This document shows positions 12,648-22,400 of a stretch of 64,000 nucleotides of DNA, piece by piece. The DNA is taken from NCBI RefSeq assembly GCF_044324785.1, contig NZ_CP172127.1; one strand, 5' to 3'. Origin of the DNA: Escherichia coli. Lineage in GTDB: Bacteria > Pseudomonadota > Gammaproteobacteria > Enterobacterales > Enterobacteriaceae. The position numbers were made by a program, and so were the translations under genes. The notes under the pieces were generated by a model. That model saw only the letters and a program-made list of their open reading frames with translations. It had not been told where the DNA came from and searched no databases. The stretch's first letter is position 1; every line of letters starts with the position of its first letter.

Positions 12648-14030
12648 TTATTGCTGCCAACCGCCGCCTAAGGCGGTATATAAAGAAATTTCGTTAACCT
12701 GACGGGCATAATTCAGGTCAAGTAAAGTTTGTCGGGTTGCAAATAAAGAACGCTCAGCATCCAGCACTTCCAGATAACTTACCGCGCCGTGCTGATATAA
12801 TGCCCGCGCCCGTTGCAAAGTAATTTGCAGCGACGCCAGATAACGCTGCTGGGCGCTAATTTGATCGTTCAGGCTTTGACGTAATGCCAGCGCATCTGCC
12901 ACTTCTTTAAAGGCGTTCTGGATTTTCTGTTCATAATTCACCACCGACTGCTGCTGGCGAATTTCGGCGATATCCAGATTGGCCTGGTTACGTCCGGCAT
13001 TAAAAATGGGGATCTCAATTTTGGGTATAAAATTCCACATCCCGCTGCTGGCGTTAAATAATGACGACAGATCGCTGCTGGCGGTTGATATTCCGCTGGT
13101 CAGGCTTATAGATGGGAAAAATGCCGCGCGTGCGGCCCCAATATTGGCATTAGCCGCCATTAACGCGTGTTCAGCTTCCATAATATCCGGGCGCTGCAAT
13201 AAGATTTGCGACGACAAGCCCGCCGGTAATTGAACGCTTTGCAGGCTGTCGCTGTTTACTGTCTGCGCTTGCGGCAGCTTGCCGTAGCTTCCCAATAACA
13301 GTTGCAATGCATTATTCGCCTGCGCCAGTTCCCCCTGACGTTTAGCGATGTCGCTGCGGGTACTTTCAATCACCCCGCGAGCCTGTTCCAGCGCCAGAAC
13401 ATTACTGCTACCTGTCAACAGTTGTTTTTCGACAAACGCATATGACTGCTGATAATTACGCAGCGTTTCTTCGGCTATTTGCAATTGCGCATACGCCAGC
13501 TGCTGATTGAAATAGCTTTGCGCGACATTAGAAACCAGCAGAATATGCACCGCGCGCTGGGCTTCCTCAGTGGCTAAATAATTTTGTCGTTCGGCTTCGC
13601 TCATGTTCTTTAAGCGACCGAAAAAATCGAGATCAAAGCTGGCGTTAAGGCCGGTCGAGAACTCCCGCGTCGTGGCTGAATCGCCTTTAAGATTGCCGCT
13701 CCAGCTGCCGCTGCCCTCGCCATTGAGCTGTGGGTAGCGGTCGGCATCGGTCAGACGATATTGCGCCCGCGCTTCCTGCACTTTCAGCGTCGCCATGCGC
13801 AAATCCCGGTTATTCACCAGCGCCTCGCTAATCAGCATCTTCACCTGGTTATCAACAAAAAAGGTGCGCCAGCCCGCGTTCTGGTAGTTATCTGCTGCGT
13901 TAACCAGGCCGTTCTGGTTGAGTGAGAACTGCTGCGGCACGGGCATTGCCGGGCGCTGATAATCCGGTGCCAGTGAACAACCGGTTAGCGCAAGGGCCAC
14001 ACAAAATGGCAGAAGTTTACAAGGAGACAT
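12648..14030 (-). CDS. cusC: Outer-membrane efflux lipoprotein CusC (TolC-like OMF)
   Basis: 460-codon ORF with lipobox LALTGC, recognisable as CusC. Confidence 0.95.
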   Translation of the reverse strand: MSPCKLLPFCVALALTGCSLAPDYQRPAMPVPQQFSLNQNGLVNAADNYQNAGWRTFFVDNQVKMLISEALVNNRDLRMATLKVQEARAQYRLTDADRYPQLNGEGSGSWSGNLKGDSATTREFSTGLNASFDLDFFGRLKNMSEAERQNYLATEEAQRAVHILLVSNVAQSYFNQQLAYAQLQIAEETLRNYQQSYAFVEKQLLTGSSNVLALEQARGVIESTRSDIAKRQGELAQANNALQLLLGSYGKLPQAQTVNSDSLQSVQLPAGLSSQILLQRPDIMEAEHALMAANANIGAARAAFFPSISLTSGISTASSDLSSLFNASSGMWNFIPKIEIPIFNAGRNQANLDIAEIRQQQSVVNYEQKIQNAFKEVADALALRQSLNDQISAQQRYLASLQITLQRARALYQHGAVSYLEVLDAERSLFATRQTLLDLNYARQVNEISLYTALGGGWQQ

Positions 14031-14099
14031 AGGCTCATAATTTCTGGTGATTTTATGCCGCCAACTTTACTCGCCAGGCTCTGATTTTCCGGTGACAGG

Positions 14100-14121
14100 A
14101 AAATGACAAAATTGTCATTTT
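14100..14121. promoter_or_regulatory. CusR box in the cusC-cusR divergent control region
   Basis: The palindrome aaaatgacaaaattgtcatttt is read directly in the 156-bp intergenic region. It matches the published CusR-binding inverted repeat (AAAATGACAAnnTTGTCATTTT) as I recall it. Confidence 0.8.
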
Positions 14122-14186
14122 GCCAATAAGCGATTGCCATCTGATCCCGCTACTCTAGAATTGCCCGGGCAACATGCGGAGGAAAT

Positions 14187-14870
14187 ATGAAACTGTTGAT
14201 TGTCGAAGATGAAAAGAAAACCGGAGAATACTTGACCAAAGGGTTAACCGAAGCCGGTTTTGTGGTCGATTTGGCCGACAATGGGCTGAATGGCTACCAT
14301 CTGGCGATGACCGGTGATTATGACCTGATAATCCTCGATATTATGCTGCCGGACGTGAACGGCTGGGATATCGTGCGCATGTTGCGCTCCGCCAATAAAG
14401 GGATGCCGATTCTGTTGCTTACCGCGCTTGGCACCATTGAACATCGCGTCAAGGGGCTGGAGTTGGGGGCCGATGACTATCTGGTGAAGCCGTTCGCTTT
14501 TGCTGAACTGCTGGCGCGGGTGCGCACTCTCCTGCGGCGCGGGGCGGCGGTGATTATCGAAAGTCAGTTTCAGGTTGCCGATCTGATGGTCGATCTCGTC
14601 AGCCGCAAAGTCACCCGCAGCGGCACGCGCATCACTCTGACCAGTAAAGAATTTACTCTGCTGGAGTTTTTCCTTCGCCATCAGGGCGAAGTGCTGCCCC
14701 GCTCGCTTATCGCCTCGCAGGTATGGGACATGAATTTCGACAGCGACACTAACGCCATTGATGTGGCGGTGAAGCGGCTACGCGGCAAAATCGACAACGA
14801 CTTTGAGCCGAAGCTGATTCAAACCGTGCGCGGCGTGGGTTACATGCTTGAGGTGCCGGATGGTCAGTAA
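14187..14870 (+). CDS. cusR: OmpR-family copper/silver response regulator CusR
   Basis: 227 aa, [20 protein letters not shown]... with a receiver domain plus a winged-helix domain. Confidence 0.96.
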
Positions 14871-16308
14871 GCCATTTCAGCGCCCGTTTTCGCTGGCAAC
14901 CCGCCTGACCTTTTTTATCAGCCTGGCCACCATCGCGGCGTTTTTCGCCTTTGCATGGATCATGATCCACTCAGTAAAAGTGCATTTTGCCGAGCAGGAT
15001 ATTAATGATTTAAAAGAGATTAGCGCCACACTCAAGCGCGTTCTTAATCATCCCGAAGAGACACAAGCCCGACGCTTAATGACGCTGGAAGATATCGTCA
15101 GTGGTTATTCCAACGTGTTGATTTCCCTGGCAGATAGCCACGGTAAAACGGTATATCACTCCCCCGGTGCGCCCGATATCCGCGAGTTTGCACGTGATGC
15201 CATACCCGATAAAGACGCGCGGGGCGGCGAGGTGTATCTCCTTTCCGGCCCGACAATGATGATGCCGGGCCACGGTCACGGGCATATGGAACACAGCAAC
15301 TGGCGGATGATTAACTTGCCGATTGGCCCGTTGGTGGACGGCAAACCGATTTATACGCTCTACATCGCGCTTTCGATCGATTTTCATCTTCATTACATAA
15401 ATGATTTGATGAATAAACTTATTATGACCGCATCGATCATCAGCATCCTGATCGTCTTTATCGTGCTATTGGCGGTACATAAAGGTCACGCGCCGATCCG
15501 CAGCGTCAGCCGTCAAATCCAGAATATCACCTCGAAAGATCTCGACGTTCGCCTTGACCCGCAGACCGTGCCGATTGAGCTGGAACAGTTGGTACTGTCG
15601 TTCAACCATATGATCGAGCGTATTGAGGATGTCTTTACCCGCCAGTCCAATTTCTCAGCGGATATCGCCCACGAAATTCGTACACCAATTACGAATCTCA
15701 TAACGCAAACGGAAATCGCCCTCAGCCAGTCGCGCAGCCAGAAGGAGCTGGAAGATGTGCTCTACTCTAATCTCGAAGAGCTGACGCGAATGGCGAAAAT
15801 GGTCAGCGATATGTTGTTTCTCGCCCAGGCCGATAACAACCAGTTAATCCCCGAAAAGAAAATGCTCAACCTGGCGGATGAAGTCGGCAAAGTGTTCGAT
15901 TTTTTCGAGGCGTTAGCGGAAGATCGCGGCGTGGAGTTGCGGTTTGTTGGTGACGAGTGTCAGGTTGCGGGCGATCCGCTGATGTTGCGTCGGGCGTTAA
16001 GCAACCTGCTTTCGAACGCCCTGCGTTATACGCCACCCGGAGAGGCAATTGTTGTGCGCTGCCAGACGGTCGATCACCAGGTGCAAGTTACCGTCGAAAA
16101 CCCCGGTACGCCCATTGCGCCCGAGCACTTACCGCGATTGTTTGACCGTTTCTATCGCGTTGACCCCTCCCGTCAGCGAAAAGGCGAAGGTAGCGGCATT
16201 GGTCTGGCGATAGTGAAATCGATAGTTGTCGCGCATAAAGGCACGGTTGCGGTAACGTCAGATGCGCGGGGGACAAGGTTTATGATCAAACTACCGGAGA
16301 AAGGTTAA
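14860..16308 (+). CDS. cusS: Copper/silver sensor histidine kinase CusS
   Basis: ATG at 14860 (overlapping the cusR stop by 11 nt) gives [19 protein letters not shown].... H-box [12 protein letters not shown] and C-terminal ATPase motifs are present. Confidence 0.94.
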
Positions 16309-17051
16309 TTAGTTAGTTCAAACTCAAAGAGTGATGTATCGCCTTCTGTTATTATTTATCAATAAAACAGGGAAGACCTTATTGGTCGTCTGAAATCGAA
16401 GGTTATTCATTTTCGGATATTTACGAGATATTTAGATATGCAATTTAATCAAATTCGTGTTTCTACCAATTGTAGAGCACAATGCTATTACTAAATTTTC
16501 ATCACTATAAAAGAATCGGCTATAATATAAAGCGCAGTCAGGCATCATTAATCTCTATATTATTCACACAATCTATTTATCAAGTGAATTTGATAAATTC
16601 CTAATTTAAAATATTCACTATTAAGCCAGCGTCTAACGACGTTAAGATGGCAATGTGCAGATCATGTTATCAGGGTGGGGCGGTAGCGTATATTCCTTAT
16701 ACAAACCATCATTCATTTCAATAATATTTATTGAGTTATTTATTATTGTGAATAAAAAGACATTACAAATATTGGTTTAACTTTGCATATCAGGTGTTTT
16801 TTTGTTACTCGATGTAATATACGAGCCTGTCCTTAATAACATCGTGAACCCGTCAGTTGAGTTTGTGATTATTTTGTTGACTCAACAGCCCCCCGTTTCT
16901 CTGAAGTAAAATCCCGGACAAAATTCTCACATAACCATGACACTTTTCTGATATTCCCCGGTAACGCCTGAAGCCGGCCCGCTTATCTCATTACCCGACA
17001 TGTTGTACATGCAATATGTGCGGATTATTATTCATTTTCACGGAGGTTGCT

Positions 17052-18953
17052 ATGTCAACCGGATTACGTTTCACACTGGAAGTGGACGGCCTGCCACCGG
17101 ACGCTTTTGCGGTGGTCTCCTTTCATCTCACCCAGTCACTCTCTTCACTTTTTTCCCTAGACCTTTCTCTGGTCAGTCAGCAGGTTCTCTCCCTTGAATT
17201 TGCGCAGGTGCTGGACAAAATGGCCTACCTGACGGTATGGCAGGGCGATGACGTACAGCGCCGGGTGAAAGGCGTGGTGACCTGGTTTGAACTCGGGGAG
17301 AACGACAAAAACCAGATGCTGTACAGCATGAAGGTGCGCCCGCCGCTGTGGCGGGCAGGACTGCGTCAGAACTTCCGTATCTTCCAGAACGAGGACATCA
17401 GAAGCATCCTCGGCACCATACTGCAGGAAAACGACGTCACGGAGTGGAGCCCGCTGTTCAGCGAGCCGCATCCTTCCCGTGAGTTTTGTGTCCAGTACGG
17501 TGAAACCGATTACGACTTTCTCTGCCGGATGGCAGCGGAGGAAGGCATCTTCTTCTATGAGGAGCACGCGCAGAAAAGTACCGACCAGAGTCTGGTGCTG
17601 TGCGACACGGTCCGCTATCTGCCGGAGTCCTTTGAAATCCCCTGGAACCCGAACACCCGTACCGAGGTGAGCACCCTCTGCATCAGCCAGTTCCGCTACA
17701 GCGCACAAATCCGTCCTTCCTCCGTGGTGACCAAAGACTACACCTTTAAACGCCCCGGCTGGGCCGGGCGTTTTGACCAGGAAGGCCAGCATCAGGATTA
17801 CCAGCGCACACAGTATGAAGTGTATGACTGGCCGGGGCGTTTCAAGAGCGCCCACGGGCAGAACTTTGCCCGCTGGCAGATGGACGGCTGGCGAAACAAC
17901 GCAGAAACCGCGCGGGGAATGAGCCGCTCGCCGGAGATATGGCCGGGACGGCGAATTGTGCTGACGGAGCATCCGCAGGCGAACCTGAACCGGGAATGGC
18001 AGGTGGTGGCGAGCGAACTGCACGGCGAACAGCCGCAGGCGGTGCCGGGACGGCGGGGCGCGGGGACGGCGCTGGAGAACCAGTTTGTGGTAATCCCGGC
18101 AGACCGGACGTGGCGGCCACAGCCGAAGCCAAAGCCGTCAGTGGACGGTCCACAGAGCGCCGTCGTGACGGGGCCTGCGGGAGAGGAAATCTTCTGCGAC
18201 GAGCATGGCCGGGTGCGGGTGAAATTCAACTGGGACCGCTATAACCCGGCCAACCAGGACAGCTCGTGCTGGATACGGGTGGCGCAGGCGTGGGCGGGGC
18301 CGGGATTTGGCAACCTGGCGATACCGCGCGTGGGTCAGGAGGTCATTGTGGACTTCCTCAACGGCGACCCAGACCAGCCCATCATCATGGGCCGCACCTA
18401 TCACCAGGAAAACCGCACCCCCGGCAGCCTGCCGGGAACGAAGACGCAGATGACCATCCGCTCCAAAACATATATGGGCAGCGGGTTTAACGAGCTGAAG
18501 TTTGACGATGCAACAGGGAAAGAACAGGTCTACATCCACGCGCAGAAGAACATGGATACCGAGGTGCTCAACGACCGTACCACCACCGTAAAACACGATC
18601 ACCGCGAAACCGTAAAAAATGACCAGACGGTCACGATCCAGGAAGGTAACCGCCTTCTTACGGTGGCAAAAGGCCACAAAATCACAGGCGTACTAAAAGG
18701 GTCCTTATCTGAGGATGTCTTTCAGGACAGAGGCACGATTGCCGGTTCAGTGCATGTTGACGCTGTAAACAATGGTGGCGAAGGCGACGGTATACAGGCT
18801 TATACGGCGATTAAGCAAATTATGCTGGCCGTGGAGGAAAGCAAAATTGCGCTGACGCCGGATGGCATTCAGCTACAGGTCGGGGAATCGACGGTAATCA
18901 GGCTGTCGAAGGATGGCATCACCATCGTGGGCAGTTCTGTTTTCATCAACTGA
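17052..18953 (+). CDS. vgrG: T6SS spike protein VgrG
   Basis: ATG at 17052, preceded by GGAGG at 17043. 633 aa with the classic VgrG gp27/gp5 core (...SCWIRVAQAWAGPGFGNLAIPRVGQEVIVDFLNGDPDQPIIMGRTYH...). Confidence 0.93.
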   Translation: MSTGLRFTLEVDGLPPDAFAVVSFHLTQSLSSLFSLDLSLVSQQVLSLEFAQVLDKMAYLTVWQGDDVQRRVKGVVTWFELGENDKNQMLYSMKVRPPLWRAGLRQNFRIFQNEDIRSILGTILQENDVTEWSPLFSEPHPSREFCVQYGETDYDFLCRMAAEEGIFFYEEHAQKSTDQSLVLCDTVRYLPESFEIPWNPNTRTEVSTLCISQFRYSAQIRPSSVVTKDYTFKRPGWAGRFDQEGQHQDYQRTQYEVYDWPGRFKSAHGQNFARWQMDGWRNNAETARGMSRSPEIWPGRRIVLTEHPQANLNREWQVVASELHGEQPQAVPGRRGAGTALENQFVVIPADRTWRPQPKPKPSVDGPQSAVVTGPAGEEIFCDEHGRVRVKFNWDRYNPANQDSSCWIRVAQAWAGPGFGNLAIPRVGQEVIVDFLNGDPDQPIIMGRTYHQENRTPGSLPGTKTQMTIRSKTYMGSGFNELKFDDATGKEQVYIHAQKNMDTEVLNDRTTTVKHDHRETVKNDQTVTIQEGNRLLTVAKGHKITGVLKGSLSEDVFQDRGTIAGSVHVDAVNNGGEGDGIQAYTAIKQIMLAVEESKIALTPDGIQLQVGESTVIRLSKDGITIVGSSVFIN

Positions 18954-18980
18954 TTCACTCAGATTAACAGGGAGTATTTT

Positions 18981-19442
18981 ATGCAGTTCACTTTTAATGA
19001 AGGTCATATTCAGCTGCCATCGCAATGGCAGGATCAGTCGATGCAGGTCCTGGTGTCCACAGATAACAGTGGCATCAACCTGGTCATTACCCGCGAACCC
19101 GTTCCACAGGGAACCCTGACACCAGAACTGTACCAGGAAACGCTGGCGCTGTACCAGGGCAAACTTGATGGGTACACCGAACATGCCTGCCGGGAAATCA
19201 CTCTGGCAGAGGCCCCGGCCTGGCTGCTGGATTATTCCTGGAACGGTCCGGAAGATGAAGGGAATCAGGGGCGGATTAGCCAGATAGCCGTATTCCAGCG
19301 GCGTGGAGATACGCTGCTGACCTTCACTTTCAGCACCTCCTTATCCCTGAAGAACAGTCAAAAGACGATGCTGCTGGAGGTGATAAAGAGCTTCACCCCG
19401 TTGCCACCGGAGAATGACATCCAAAAGGACCAGCCGCGCTGA
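18981..19442 (+). CDS. DUF1795/DcrB-fold Eag-type effector chaperone
   Basis: 153 aa. The N-terminus MQFTFNEGHIQLPSQWQDQSMQV is typical of Eag/DUF1795 proteins, and the gene sits between vgrG and a prePAAR effector. Confidence 0.8.
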   Translation: MQFTFNEGHIQLPSQWQDQSMQVLVSTDNSGINLVITREPVPQGTLTPELYQETLALYQGKLDGYTEHACREITLAEAPAWLLDYSWNGPEDEGNQGRISQIAVFQRRGDTLLTFTFSTSLSLKNSQKTMLLEVIKSFTPLPPENDIQKDQPR

Positions 19443-19461
19443 CATAAACGAGGGATAACAC

Positions 19462-22400
19462 ATGAGTGAAGGACCAGGCGGGCCACAGGGAGCGACCGCA
19501 GGCGGTACGCTGGCAATGCGAATGCTGTCACAGCAGGCGATGGTCGCCAGCCAGATGAAACGGGCAGCCAACGACAAAGCCATTGCACAGATGTTGGCAT
19601 CAAAAAAGTCTGGCCCCCCCGCCGCCAGGCTGGGCGATGAAATTCAGCACAAGAGTTTTTTGGGGGCGCTGGCAGGGGCCGTGCTGGGGGCGATAGTGAC
19701 CATCGCAGAAGGTTGCCTGATTATCGCCGCCTGTGCCACCGGCCCTTATGCGCTGGTTCTGGTGCCTGCGCTGATGTATGCCAGCTATAAGGCGAGTGAT
19801 TATGTGGAGGAGAAACAGAACCAGCTTGAATCCTGGATAAACAGCTTTTGTGACAAGGACGGGGCCATCAATACTGGTTCTAAAAATGTAAACATTAACG
19901 GAAAGCCCGCTGCCAGGGCCGCCGTCACACTTCCCCCTCCTCCCCTGACTGAAGCAATACCCTCTCCACCACAGGGGGAACCTTCATGGGGGGATATTGC
20001 CACTGACCTGCTTGAATCGGCAGCGGAAAAAGCAGTGCCACTGGCGAAGGCCTGGGGGAACGCTGTTATCACCCTGACGGACAGCAATGCCAGTTTTATG
20101 GATCGCTTATGTGCAGGCACATCGCTTCTGTTTCCCTACGGCCCGGTATTAATGGAGTTTGCCACCATGGTGGGCGGGCGTGGCGAAATCAAAAAAGACG
20201 TGGATTTCCCGGAAGCCGGTGAAGACACGGCGCTCTGCGACAAGGAGACTAAACCGCCGAGGATAGCCCAGGGCAGCAGCAACGTCTTCATCAACAATCA
20301 GCCTGCCGCGCGCAAGGGCGACAAACTGGAGTGCAGCGCGGCAATCGTGGAAGGTTCGCCGGACGTCTTTATTGGGGGTGAGCAGGTCACCTATCTGGAT
20401 ATCCAGCCGGAGTTCCCGCCGTGGCAGAGAATGATCCTGGGGGGAATAACGATAGCCAGCTATCTTCTGCCGCCAGCGGGACTGCTGGGAAAAATGAAGA
20501 ATCTGGCGAGACTCGGCAAACTGGGAAACCTGCTGGGGAAAAGCGGGAAGCTGCTGGGCGCAAAACTCGGCGCATTGCTGAGCAGAACAAAAAATGCCCT
20601 GAAAAATACGTATAACGTCCTGAAAAAGTTTATCAAAGATCCGGTTGACCCGGTAACCGGCGCGTACTGCGACGAACGTACCGACTTCACCCTGGGCCAG
20701 ACCCTCCCCCTCTCCTTCACCCGTTTCCACAGTTCTGTACTGCCACTGCATGGCCTGACGGGCGTGGGCTGGAGCGACTCCTGGAGCGAATACGCCTGGG
20801 TGCGTGAACAGGGAAACCGGGTGGATATCATCAGCCAGGGAGCCACGCTGTACTTTGCCTTCGACGGAGACAGTGATACGGCGGTTAACCCGTATCACGC
20901 CCAGTATATCCTGCGCCGCCGCGACGATTACCTGGAGCTGTTCGACCGTGATGCCCTGAGCAGCCGCTTCTTTTATGACGCCTTTCCGGGAATGCGCCTG
21001 CGCCACCAGGTGACCGGCGATACCAATGATGACCGCCTGGCACACAGCCCCGGTGACCGGATGTACATGCTGGGCGGAATGAGTGACACCGCCAGCAACC
21101 GCATCACGTTTGAGCGCGACAGTCAGTACCGGATCACGGGTGTCAGTCACACCGACGGGATCCGGCTTAAACTGACGTACCACGCCAGCGGCTACCTGAA
21201 AGCCATTCACCGCACGGATAACGGCATACAGACGCTGGCGACCTACGAACAGGACGAACGGGGACGGCTGACAGAAGCGGATGCGCGGCTGGACTACCAC
21301 CTGTTTTATGAGTACGACGATGCGGACCGGATCATCCGCTGGTCCGATAACGACCAGACGTGGAGCCGTTTCACCTACGATGCACAGGGCCGGTGCGTGA
21401 CCGTCACCGGGGCGGAAGGCTATTACAACGCCACGCTGGACTATGGTGACGGCTGCACTTCCGTGACGGACGGCAAGGGCATTCACCGTTATTACTATGA
21501 TCCTGACGGCAATATCCTGCGGGAAGACGCGCCGGACGGCAGTACCACCACGTATGAATGGGATGAATTCCATCACCTGCTGGCCCGCCACTCCCCTGCC
21601 GGACGGGTGGAGAAATTTGAATACAACGCCGTACACGGTCAGTTAAGCCGTTACACGGCGGCAGACGGCGCGGTGTGGCAGTACCGCTATGATGAGCGCG
21701 GCCTGCTCAGCAACATCACCGACCCTGCCGGGCAGACGTGGACACAGCAGTGTGATGAACGCGGCCTGCCGGTAAGTCTGGTGTCGCCACAGGGCGAAGA
21801 GACCCGGCTGGCGTACACGCCACAGGGGCTGCTGTCGGGGATATTCCGCCAGGATGAACGGCGTCTGGGCATAGAGTACGACCACCACAACCGGCCGGAA
21901 ACACTCACCGACGTGATGGGCCGTGAACACCACACCGAATACAGCGGTCACGACCTGCCGGTGAAGATGCGCGGCCCCGGCGGTCAGTCAGTGCGGTTAC
22001 AGTGGCAGCAGCACCATAAACTGAGTGGCCTTGAGCGGGCAGGAACCGGCGCGGAAGGATTCCGCTACGACCGCCACGGCAACCTGCTGGCGTACACGGA
22101 CGGTAACGGCGTTGTCTGGACAATGGAATACGGCCCGTTCGATTTGCCGGTGGCGCGAACGGACGGTGAAGGCCACCGCTGGCAGTACCGCTACGATAAA
22201 GACACGCTGCAACTGACAGAAGTCATCAATCCGCAGGGTGAGTCATACCGTTATATTCTCGACAACTGTGGCCGGGTGACGGAAGAGCGTGACTGGGGCG
22301 GCGTGGTCTGGCGTTACCGCTATGACGCCGATGGCCTGTGTACCGCCAGGGTTAACGGCCTGGAGGAAACTATCCTCTACAGCCGGGACGCCGCAGGCCG

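Noticed and set aside
14031-14186. cusC-cusR divergent promoter considered as an unusual palindrome.
   Set aside because: It is the known CusR operator. I report it as a feature, not as a novelty.
17016-17051. Upstream start for vgrG (MCGLLFIFTEVA...). Likewise extended starts for ybdF (3762), nfsB (4293), ybdG (5087), pheP (7832), cusS (14848), nfrA (34706), V (59447), FI (61209), E (62264), D (62631), C (63993) and stf (48725).
   Set aside because: The internal starts have proper SD spacing and reproduce the known N-termini of the respective proteins. The extensions overlap upstream genes or lack an SD.
20149-21636. 495-codon ORF antisense to rhs. Other long antisense or out-of-frame ORFs lie inside rhs at 22999-23916, 28738-29229, 21643-21951 and 27382-27690.
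   Set aside because: These lie entirely inside the strongly supported YD-repeat rhs frame. GC-rich, periodically biased rhs core DNA is depleted of stops on the opposite strand. The translations are low-complexity (R/A/G/V/P-rich) with no start context.
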